32,000 bases of DNA, taken from Crocosphaera subtropica ATCC 51142. GTDB lineage: Bacteria; Cyanobacteriota; Cyanobacteriia; Cyanobacteriales; Microcystaceae. Positions 9,574 to 17,259 of the stretch are shown piece by piece. Position numbers and translations under genes: made by a program. The DNA lies in the NCBI RefSeq assembly GCF_000017845.1, contig NC_010546.1, positions 1,050,001-1,082,000 on the forward strand, written 5' to 3'. Below the pieces are notes generated by a model. It was not told where the DNA came from. It made no database searches and worked only from the letters and a program-made list of their open reading frames with translations. The stretch's first letter is position 1. Every line of letters begins with the position of its first letter.

Positions 9574-9759
9574 GTGGGAAAGAAAAACCATAAGAAAACG
9601 ATTCGTTCTTTAACAAAAAGAATTGAAGAACATCAAGAAAAAATTAGACAAGAGTATGCTAAAGAATTACCTGATGAGGGACTTATCCATCATTGGCAAG
9701 CTGAAATAGCTGCGTTTAAAAAAGGAATTAAACAAGCTTATAAAAGATTAGGCAGATAA
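9574..9759 (+). CDS. Small basic hypothetical protein (61 aa)
   Basis: GTG start, Lys/Arg-rich and predicted helical. The stop lies 3 nt before the next ORF's ATG. Confidence 0.4.
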   Translation: MGKKNHKKTIRSLTKRIEEHQEKIRQEYAKELPDEGLIHHWQAEIAAFKKGIKQAYKRLGR

Positions 9760-9762
9760 ATT

Positions 9763-10023
9763 ATGCAACTTAAAGAAACTATTTTACCTATTAAAAACAA
9801 CACTTTAAATCATTTATTATCAGAATTATCTGAAGAATGTAATAACGTTACTATTTTGATTAATCAATTACAATTATCTGAAATTACAGAGAAACAAAAA
9901 GCACAAATTTTAGCTGAACTATTAACAGCAACCATTCATTTACAGGTTCATTGTGGTGAAAGTTTTCAAGACTTAATTGCTGAAGAAATAGAAACTTTAC
10001 CCGATGATGATGAAATAGATTAA
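9763..10023 (+). CDS. Small acidic hypothetical protein (86 aa)
   Basis: ATG start with an acidic C-terminus (LPDDDEID). It is tightly coupled to the preceding small basic ORF. Confidence 0.45.
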   Translation: MQLKETILPIKNNTLNHLLSELSEECNNVTILINQLQLSEITEKQKAQILAELLTATIHLQVHCGESFQDLIAEEIETLPDDDEID

Positions 10024-10218
10024 ATATTCACTATTACTATTAGCAATTATATCTAAAACAATGTTAACTAAAAGGATATTGATAGCTAATGTGTGACTGG
10101 GATCACTGCTGACTTATCCTTTGGAGTCAAAAATGGTGTAAAGTGCGAAAGGCTCTCTTCTAAAGAATAAGAATGAAAATATCACATCTTACGATTGCTT
10201 TGTTAATAGGAATTAATG

Positions 10219-10239
10219 TCCTATCCTCCGAGGATAGGA
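10219..10239 (-). terminator. Hairpin just downstream of the tubulin-like gene, possibly a terminator
   Basis: tcctatcc-tccga-ggatagga forms an 8-bp stem 14 nt past the stop codon. The downstream tract is only moderately U-rich, so the termination function is uncertain. Confidence 0.3.
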
Positions 10240-10252
10240 TCAAGATAAGTTG

Positions 10253-13200
10253 TTAAAATAAATGTTCTAATTCTGCCACTTCTAAAACTGTTTTCCACCC
10301 TTCCATTCCGGCACACCAAATATAGGTTTGAGGTGTTACTCCTTGGGTTAATAACTCATCTTCAGAAAAGGGGCCAGTTTGTTGATTCTCTTGATAAAGA
10401 TACCATTTTTTAGGTGTCGGGGGTTGGGGCGGTTGGGGCGGTTGTTTACTCTTTATTTCTTCAGTATTACTAATAGCATCAGTTGCATACAGTTGATGAT
10501 CATCAATCAATCTTTTAATAATTTCTGCCTCTCGTTTATATTCGGGACTATCTTTGCGCCCTTGTTTTTCTAATTCTAAGGATCGATGTTCTAAATAAGC
10601 GGTTAAGGTTTGATAAAGTTGGCGTTTTTGTTGAGGGGTTTCTGCTTGGTTTAACTGTTCGGTAATTTGTCGTTGTATTTCCTCGCGATCGGGACGACAG
10701 GCACGAACTTCTAATATTTGTGACGCTTCTTCCCAACTTGAAGCAATATCGACGTTTTCTAGACCTATATTGGTTTTACGAGTGTAACGAATCGTGTTTT
10801 CTCTAGTGGCTTGATTTTCTGATAAGTATAAGACATTTAATGCCCTTGCTTGAATCACTAATTGAAAGATTTTCGGATCTTCGGGAAACACATCCCAAAA
10901 AGGTGGTTCTTTTTGAATGTGAACAGGAATGGGTAAGTCCCTGGGTTCTCCTCGTAATTGGGCCCGTTTCGCTTCAATACTATCCCCTTTCCAGTCTTGA
11001 TAGGATTGTCTTAATTCTTTCATCCCATCAATACAACGTAAAGAAAAGCCTCCCGTTTCTTGTACAAATACGATACGATGGCGTTCAGAATCCCCTAAAG
11101 GTTTAATGGCACTTTCTTTAATATCGGGGAATTGTTGTAGTAAAGGAAGCAATTTTTGAGCAGCAGGATCGGCAGTATTTCTACCGCCTAAAATGCCAAC
11201 ATTGACGTTAGTTGAAGGGGTAAACCCTGCATCTTTTCCTGATAAAACTGCCCTATCCATCATAATTAAGGGCTTAGATTTATGATAAGCAATGCGAATA
11301 TTATCGGTAATTTCTGTCTCGTCATTGTAGAGTTTGAAGAGGCGATCGCAAGCTGCCATTTCGGTGTAAAGATGGGCATTTTTAGGGGTTTTATCCACCA
11401 CGGTTTCTTTACTATAATTGTAGATAATTTCTTCTAGGTCTTCTTGCTGTACATCGGGAATTTTGGGAATATCAAATAAGCGCATATATTCATCAGCAAG
11501 ACGATTTTTCTTCCATAAAGGACTGGCTTCGTGCAGGATATCTTCTGAAAGGGTACTACAAATTTGATCCAGTCCCATTTCAAAGCGACTTTTACTCCCT
11601 TGAACGCTAGATCCTAATTTTTCAATTAAGTCTTGATACAGTTCATTCATCTTATCTCTATCATATAATTTGATGCCATTAATGGTTAAAACATCGGCAC
11701 TTTCTGCTTGATGATCGGCTTCTTTGGCAAAGTCATCTCTTGTTTGTATCAAACGCTGTTGAAAACGGTTTAAGCGTCGCTCTAAATTGTCTAATTCTTC
11801 TTTTAAACGATCAATGACAACTAAGGAAGCAGCGCGTGTTTTTCGCTGGATAGTTGCCACTAAACTTCCTTGAAGATTCTCTAATATAGTATTACAACAA
11901 ATTATCATTCTATCTTGTTTTGTAATACCATATTGGGATTTGATTTGACTAAATTCTTCTAATGCTGTTTCATATTGTTTTTGTCTTTCTGTTTCTTTGG
12001 GTTCCCAAAGTTGTTCTTTTTGTTGACTAAATCTTTGTCTGGTATCGTCAAAAATTTGTCTTACCATCGTAATAAAGGTATGAGCAAACTTAGGACCTAA
12101 GTTACGATCTTCAATAATACGATAAAGTTCTGTTTCTAACGCTTTTCTTCCTTGGGCAATGGTGCGATTGCGGTTATCATAAATTCTTTGGAAATAATCC
12201 CCATGTAACCGCTCATCAGGACTTAATTCTCGAAAATGATCTTGTTTATAATTATTAACTTCTTCTTGAATAAATTGATCTAACTCTTTGATTTTTCCCT
12301 GTTCTTTACCAAAAATATTAATTCCCTTTGCCGTACATTGTAAATAATTTTCTTGGTTAATGGTTTGTCGTAGGTTATTAACCCATTGAGACACTTCTTC
12401 AATATAAGATTTATCTTGCGCTGCTCCCATATCGGCTAATAATTCTACGTCGCTTAAACGCATTTTTTTGAGAATATCACTTTTAATCAATTCCATCGAA
12501 TCTGCTGGCAGTTGCACTTGTTCATTTAACCACCAATTAACGATATCTTTAGCGAGGCGATAACATAAAGAATTTCTAATCTGAAAAATAGGAATTTCAA
12601 TGGTAGATAAGCCAAAACTCATAAAGTTTTTGGGATAACCTCTACCGCCAGGATCAGCTTGCGCCCAAGCTGATTTAATATTATCTCGAATAGATCGCTT
12701 ATGGGGAGAAAAATCTGAAGTCAAATCTAAGAAAATATTTTGTGCGATCATTTCCCGTATTTGATCGAGTTTAAAGTCACTTTCTCCGTTTTTGGTTCCC
12801 ACTAAATAGGTAAAATCAAAGGGGGCGCGGTTGCTGCGAACTTCATCAGCTAAGTTCTTACTAAATTGACAATTATATTCGGTTCGATAGTCAGAAAAAT
12901 AGCTTAATTCCATCATGGCTGCGTAGCCATTTGCTAAGACACGATCACCCACTTTTATGCCAGCAAAAGCTTGAGGCATGGGAACAATAGCAGTAACTAA
13001 AGGACTGCCTTCTGCTTCTAACCATTTACGCACACAGTAGCCGATATCGATGAGCATTCCACTTCCAGTTCCTCCAGAAAGTGATCCGGTTACAAACACA
13101 TTAACGGCGTTGGTACTGACTTTAATACCATAGCGATCTAACATAAAATTTTCACGGCCTTTAATGCGATTTACTGCCTCTACAAATTTATCTCTAATAT

Positions 13201-13594
13201 CATGATAATTACAAAATAAGGCAAATCTTCCACAGGCACGAATTTGTCCGGCACCAGCTTCTAAAGAGGTAATATTTCTTTCTAATTCTCTCGGAAACCA
13301 ACTATCAATCCAGGGATATTGTTCCATATTAGAAACCATATCGCTAACTTGTTTCCCGCTAACACTAGCCCAATGTTTTTCGTGATCTTTAAATTTACTT
13401 CCCCCGGCTTCTGGGTTACTAATTTTATAATCTTTATCCGTATCAACCACTAAAAAACTGAGGATAGGAAACGCCTCTAAACTGCCGTAGGTTTCTTCGA
13501 CTAATCTGCGTATTCTTGATAATATTTCTGCGCCGGTTCCCCCCACACCCACTAAGACGGTGGGAACCATGCTTTTTTCTTCTACTGCTGCCAT
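10253..13594 (-). CDS. Large tubulin/FtsZ-superfamily GTPase-like protein with a long coiled-coil region, a PQ-repeat linker and a C-terminal GYF-like domain
   Basis: Three GTP-binding loops are readable. T1-like is VLVGVGGTGAEI (aa 13-24). T3-like is EAGAGQIRACGR (aa 112-123; compare FtsZ GLGAGANPEVGR). The T4 signature is SGGTGSGM (aa 173-180, nt 13055-13078; compare tubulin GGGTGSG). The C-terminus reads QPPQPPQPPTP followed by WYLYQENQQTGPFSEDEL...YIWCAGMEGWKTV, which is GYF_2-like. A strong AGGAGG sits 6 nt before the ATG at 13594. Confidence 0.8.
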   Translation of the reverse strand: MAAVEEKSMVPTVLVGVGGTGAEILSRIRRLVEETYGSLEAFPILSFLVVDTDKDYKISNPEAGGSKFKDHEKHWASVSGKQVSDMVSNMEQYPWIDSWFPRELERNITSLEAGAGQIRACGRFALFCNYHDIRDKFVEAVNRIKGRENFMLDRYGIKVSTNAVNVFVTGSLSGGTGSGMLIDIGYCVRKWLEAEGSPLVTAIVPMPQAFAGIKVGDRVLANGYAAMMELSYFSDYRTEYNCQFSKNLADEVRSNRAPFDFTYLVGTKNGESDFKLDQIREMIAQNIFLDLTSDFSPHKRSIRDNIKSAWAQADPGGRGYPKNFMSFGLSTIEIPIFQIRNSLCYRLAKDIVNWWLNEQVQLPADSMELIKSDILKKMRLSDVELLADMGAAQDKSYIEEVSQWVNNLRQTINQENYLQCTAKGINIFGKEQGKIKELDQFIQEEVNNYKQDHFRELSPDERLHGDYFQRIYDNRNRTIAQGRKALETELYRIIEDRNLGPKFAHTFITMVRQIFDDTRQRFSQQKEQLWEPKETERQKQYETALEEFSQIKSQYGITKQDRMIICCNTILENLQGSLVATIQRKTRAASLVVIDRLKEELDNLERRLNRFQQRLIQTRDDFAKEADHQAESADVLTINGIKLYDRDKMNELYQDLIEKLGSSVQGSKSRFEMGLDQICSTLSEDILHEASPLWKKNRLADEYMRLFDIPKIPDVQQEDLEEIIYNYSKETVVDKTPKNAHLYTEMAACDRLFKLYNDETEITDNIRIAYHKSKPLIMMDRAVLSGKDAGFTPSTNVNVGILGGRNTADPAAQKLLPLLQQFPDIKESAIKPLGDSERHRIVFVQETGGFSLRCIDGMKELRQSYQDWKGDSIEAKRAQLRGEPRDLPIPVHIQKEPPFWDVFPEDPKIFQLVIQARALNVLYLSENQATRENTIRYTRKTNIGLENVDIASSWEEASQILEVRACRPDREEIQRQITEQLNQAETPQQKRQLYQTLTAYLEHRSLELEKQGRKDSPEYKREAEIIKRLIDDHQLYATDAISNTEEIKSKQPPQPPQPPTPKKWYLYQENQQTGPFSEDELLTQGVTPQTYIWCAGMEGWKTVLEVAELEHLF

Positions 13595-13638
13595 GTTCGC
13601 CTCCTAATTCTTACTCTCTATTTTAACCTGAGTTCGGG

Positions 13639-14622
13639 TTAAGCAGATTCAGGTAAAACCCAGTCCATTTCAAGAGAAGGTTTTTTGGGTTGATGACAAT
13701 AAGCAATTAATCCACAAAGGAGGTTTACACAAAAATTGACAGGACTACGGTGACGAGAATGTTCTATTTGAGAGATATTTTTTAATTGATCAATAATTGT
13801 CTCAATAATCGAGCGTTTACGTGATAAAAGCTTGTCGTGAAGTCGCATGAGTTTATTCTTCATATTGCGTCTCGGTTTAGCAAAAAACTCAATTCCCAAA
13901 TTGTCTAAAAGCTCTGAAGCTAATTTCTGGGAGACATAGCCTCGGTCAGCAAAAATTTTGCCAAAAAGCCCTTCAACAAGTTCTAGGACGGGGTTGCGGT
14001 CATCGACATTACCAGCAGTAATGCTGACGTTAAGCAATTCTCCTTGCTCATTAACCACTAAATGCAGCTTAAAGCCAAAAAACCAATCTACTGAAGTTTT
14101 ACCGCGTGCAGCTAGACCATCAAACACTTTATGCCTTGAAATCCGTCGATTATGACAAACTCCCGACCCACCTGGATTTAAAATCCAGGTGGAAAGCGGG
14201 AGTGCATTCCGCACTTTGATGCTCGTAGAATCGAGAAAACTGATCCCACTGCATTGCCCAAAACAATGTTTGAGATAGACACACAAAGGAATTAGGGTCG
14301 AAGGCATCCATTCAATAAATCGTTGATAACTAGGTAAATGGGGAAATTCCGCACGAAAATGACAACAAACTTCCTCAAGATAATAATGTTTGAAGTTACG
14401 ATAGTGATTAGCGTGAAAAACAATTAAAATTGTCATAATCTCACTTAAACATAAGCATTTCCTTCGTTGACGAGTTTGAAAACCATGAGAAATTAATTGT
14501 TTATGCCACAATGGTTCAAAAGTTTGGCAAAAGTCATCTACATGGCAAAATGCGGAGCGAACTGTTCCGAGGTTCCCTCGGAACCAGCACGCGCACCAAG
14601 ATAAAGCATCTATACTAAACAT
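13639..14622 (-). CDS. IS982-family DDE transposase
   Basis: Contains [42 protein letters not shown] and ADRGY, the signatures I associate with IS982 transposases. Two short palindromic segments sit in-frame inside the ORF. Confidence 0.8.
   Translation of the reverse strand: MFSIDALSWCACWFRGNLGTVRSAFCHVDDFCQTFEPLWHKQLISHGFQTRQRRKCLCLSEIMTILIVFHANHYRNFKHYYLEEVCCHFRAEFPHLPSYQRFIEWMPSTLIPLCVYLKHCFGQCSGISFLDSTSIKVRNALPLSTWILNPGGSGVCHNRRISRHKVFDGLAARGKTSVDWFFGFKLHLVVNEQGELLNVSITAGNVDDRNPVLELVEGLFGKIFADRGYVSQKLASELLDNLGIEFFAKPRRNMKNKLMRLHDKLLSRKRSIIETIIDQLKNISQIEHSRHRSPVNFCVNLLCGLIAYCHQPKKPSLEMDWVLPESA
14159..14203. repeat. 45-bp imperfect palindrome embedded in-frame in the transposase gene
   Basis: actcccg-acc-cacctggattt/aaaatccaggtg-gaaag-cgggagt forms an 11-bp inner stem and a 7-bp outer stem. 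It encodes ..[15 protein letters not shown].. between IKV and CHNRRI. Confidence 0.8.
14564..14584. repeat. 21-bp hairpin (9-bp stem) embedded in-frame near the transposase 5' end
   Basis: gttccgagg-ttc-cctcggaac is flanked by gcg...cgc. It encodes part of [17 protein letters not shown], just before the conserved FCHVDDFC. Confidence 0.75.
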
Positions 14623-14695
14623 GGGGAGGAGTTACTGAATATTTGTCTTATTTTCAGCTTACTACTCCTTCCTTTCCTTATCCCGAACTCAGGTT

Positions 14696-14876
14696 CAGTA
14701 ACTTACCCGTTCATAGCTTCCGTACCTTACTAGAAGATTTGGGAACAATTTGCTTGAATACAGTTGAGTGTACCTTAGAGAGTGGAAAATACGTTTTTGA
14801 CAAGATTACTCGACCTACTGAACTGCAACAAAAAGCCTTAGATTTATTAGATATTTCTTCAATTTGTACCCAGTAA
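14696..14876 (+). pseudogene. 3' remnant of a gene truncated by the IS insertion, possibly the tail of another transposase
   Basis: The first 53 nt of track ORF 14643..14876 are IS terminal sequence. Only the part after 14695 (SNLPVHSFRTLLEDLGTICLNTV...ELQQKALDLL) is flanking DNA. My similarity to DDE transposase C-terminal tails is a weak impression from memory. Confidence 0.3.
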
Positions 14877-15048
14877 CGACCCCTAGCTAATTCGGCTTAT
14901 CCCTTATAAAGCATACGTTATGGCATTTTGTCAAAGGGGAAGTTCAGTTATATTTCTGTGCCGAATACTTCAATATAACAAGCGATCGCACTTTAACACA
15001 AGGGATAAAATAAGCGATCGCAAAAGGAATTCCTTTGAGATAGCACTT

Positions 15049-15663
15049 CTAACGATCTATTTCAGTCTCAATAGTAATCATTTTTTCTAAAATTAATTCT
15101 ATCTGTTCTAAAAATGCTCGATTTTCCAAAAGATTAACAATATTATCTTTATACTCAATTGCGATAAATTCATTTAAGTAATCTCGTTGAGAACACTCCC
15201 AAACAGCCACAAAAATATCAGCTAAGTTAAGAAGTACCATTGCACACTCATCTAATCTCTCTTGACCTAAAACGACCATATTTTGATTATTTTCGACTTT
15301 TATAAATTCATGATGTCTATGGTAATCAATATGAGTATGCTTAGACAAATAGCCATATAATTTTCCTACTTTTGGCAGAAATTTTTTAAGTTTAGAAATA
15401 GCTTGATTTGGTTTTATCTTTGATATGGCTTCACGATCATTTAATTCTGAAGCTTCATATGCCCAAGCTATTTGTTCTAGCATCACCCTAGATACCGCAT
15501 GACCTTCATAAACATTACCTAAACTATACAGTAAATGTGCAGAAAATAAAGTTGACTCCAATCTTTCTAGAACTAACGAAGACCCAAAAACCCCCATATC
15601 TGGATTATCGCGTTCAGAAGTTATCAATCGTTTTCTTGCTTCATGAATATAATTTTTAGCCAA
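15049..15663 (-). CDS. Hypothetical all-alpha protein, the downstream part of a reading frame interrupted by one TGA
   Basis: The ORF has a TTG start. The same frame stays open for 56 more codons upstream (15664-15831), with no ATG, GTG or TTG, up to the TGA at 15832-15834. No catalytic motif recognised. Confidence 0.5.
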   Translation of the reverse strand: MAKNYIHEARKRLITSERDNPDMGVFGSSLVLERLESTLFSAHLLYSLGNVYEGHAVSRVMLEQIAWAYEASELNDREAISKIKPNQAISKLKKFLPKVGKLYGYLSKHTHIDYHRHHEFIKVENNQNMVVLGQERLDECAMVLLNLADIFVAVWECSQRDYLNEFIAIEYKDNIVNLLENRAFLEQIELILEKMITIETEIDR

Positions 15664-15831
15664 AAAATAAGCTTTTGTATATTCTTTGTCTAGTGATGTT
15701 TCTATGTCCTCTGATGGTTCTATATTTTCAACATACGCTTTTCGGGTATAGTCTAAACTGGTTAAACCAAGGGATGTTGCAGCTACTGCTGTCTTGACAT
15801 TCTGTATTAACTCGTTATAAGGTTCCCCTGC

Positions 15832-16128
15832 TCAAACTATAGCCATTTCAGTATAAGTCGATATTACCTGAAAATTTTCCAAAAGATTCCTTACTCTACG
15901 ACCAGTATCATCTTCCATTATAAATTCGTCTAAAAATTCATCAATTGAGCTAAAATCTTTTTTTTCTTCGGTAACTTCTTTACAATTTTCTGTTATTTTT
16001 TGTGGTAAAACTTCTCTATAGTCTTGATCTAACCGTTTTTGAATTGTATCAATTAAGATTTCTTGTTCTTCTAATGATAGCTTTTCTACTGTTTCTATCG
16101 CTTCCTGAAGGGCTGATCTTTTTATCAT
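15832..16128 (-). CDS. Small acidic hypothetical protein (98 aa), the upstream part of the TGA-interrupted frame
   Basis: ATG start with a helical, acidic sequence (LSLEEQEILIDTIQKRL). Its TGA stop is in frame with ORF 15049..15663. Confidence 0.45.
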   Translation of the reverse strand: MIKRSALQEAIETVEKLSLEEQEILIDTIQKRLDQDYREVLPQKITENCKEVTEEKKDFSSIDEFLDEFIMEDDTGRRVRNLLENFQVISTYTEMAIV

Positions 16129-16179
16129 AGTTTATTAATGACTAAAGTGTTGTTTAATCCTATTCTCTCAATCACTAAA

Positions 16180-16209
16180 ATAAAATAAAGATAAAATAAA
16201 GATAAAATA
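16180..16209. repeat. 11-bp tandem repeat (ataaaataaag x2.7) in the intergenic region
   Basis: Read directly. It lies between the endonuclease-like gene stop (16276) and the 98-aa ORF start (16128). A 7-bp hairpin, ttgggtt-N9-aacccaa, follows at 16230-16252. Confidence 0.8.
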
Positions 16210-16275
16210 TACCAAAGATTTTATGATTGTTGGGTTGAAGTATGAAACCCAAGCTACGAGATCGGCGGTCACACT

Positions 16276-17259
16276 TTATAAATTAATCAGCCATTCACAT
16301 AATGAAATTAACTGGTTATCATCAGTTAAATTAGCAGCATTAGATAAATGTTTAGCGTCAAGCTGATTAAAAATTTCTTTGGCCATTGCTTTTTCAATAG
16401 CAGCACCAATAAAAAACGTTTTAGGATGTAAATCATTTGACAAGAATGCCTTTTTAATGCGATTTAATGCGGAGTTTGCGGTTTTCCAATGTTCATCTGC
16501 ACCTGCTGGATCAATGCCTCCTTTTAATTCTTCAAGTGCTATATAATTAGAAGGAAAGTAATGACAAGAGTTTTTATTGTTTCTTCTCATAAATTGCTCT
16601 GGTTTAGCATCAAGTAAACAGAGATCGACATTTTTTTTAACAATAGGTACAGTAAGATTATAAATTAAAGTTCGAGCTTGATTACTCTTATTCCAAGATA
16701 GTCCCTTTAAAAATATTTCAACATCAGCATCATCTTGAGAACCTACTATCCATTCTTTTGATTTTGAATGTAAATAGCAATAACTTATCCCCTGTATACT
16801 TAACGTTGCTATTAGCATCCTGGTCATTTTTCTTTCACCTAATACACCTCCTAAATTTCTTATGATTCCTCCTAATGAGTCACCTCGTGTGAGCAAAAAA
16901 CGATAACCTAATTCATCGACAAAATCTTTTGCTGCTGGTTCAAGGAAATTCTCAATTAATCTTTTTATAGCCTCATTTTTATCATTTTCTGTAAGGTACT
17001 TTTTAGCTTTATCAGAAACTCCTGAAGCAGTTAAAAGAGCCGATTTTATTTGAGTTATGTTAATTAATTCAATTGGACTTTCAATTGTGGAAGCTATAGA
17101 TTTCAGAGCTTTTGCTTCTTCAACAAATGGAGTAGCTTTCCTATTTTTTTCTAATGCAAGAGAAATGAAACCCGCTCTTGTTTGTTCATAAGATGTGACT
17201 AAAGATTCCCAAGAACTCAAATGTTTTTTATAATCAAAGTTGGTCCTTTTTTTCTCCAT
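16276..17259 (-). CDS. Candidate type II restriction endonuclease, called from position and a PD-(D/E)xK-like motif
   Basis: It lies immediately downstream of the methyltransferase and overlaps it. The strand-like VDLCLLD followed 26 aa later by IALEELK fits D...ExK. It also has an LLTRGDSLGGIIRN motif. The track start is 17271; the ATG at 17259 (MEKKRT..) is an alternative. Confidence 0.45.
   Translation of the reverse strand: MEKKRTNFDYKKHLSSWESLVTSYEQTRAGFISLALEKNRKATPFVEEAKALKSIASTIESPIELINITQIKSALLTASGVSDKAKKYLTENDKNEAIKRLIENFLEPAAKDFVDELGYRFLLTRGDSLGGIIRNLGGVLGERKMTRMLIATLSIQGISYCYLHSKSKEWIVGSQDDADVEIFLKGLSWNKSNQARTLIYNLTVPIVKKNVDLCLLDAKPEQFMRRNNKNSCHYFPSNYIALEELKGGIDPAGADEHWKTANSALNRIKKAFLSNDLHPKTFFIGAAIEKAMAKEIFNQLDAKHLSNAANLTDDNQLISLCEWLINL

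Larger units (their letters stand above)
13625..14695 (-). mobile_element. IS982-family insertion sequence (about 1.07 kb)
   Basis: It has perfect 14-bp terminal inverted repeats: aacctgagttcggg at 13625-13638 and cccgaactcaggtt at 14682-14695. They extend to 18/19 matches. The element encloses one transposase ORF. I saw no flanking direct repeat. Confidence 0.75.

Noticed and set aside
10379-11106. Track ORFs 10379..10573 (+), 10548..10736 (-) and 10840..11106 (+), within the tubulin-like gene
   Set aside because: They are alternative-frame or antisense ORFs inside a 3.3-kb continuous frame, and their sequence is low-complexity.
13958-14155. Track ORF 13958..14155 (+), antisense to the transposase
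   Set aside because: It is a shadow ORF within the IS transposase gene.
14643-14695. The 5' part of track ORF 14643..14876 as genuine coding sequence
   Set aside because: These 53 nt belong to the IS terminal inverted-repeat region. The TTG start is an artefact of the IS junction, and only the flanking remnant could once have been coding.
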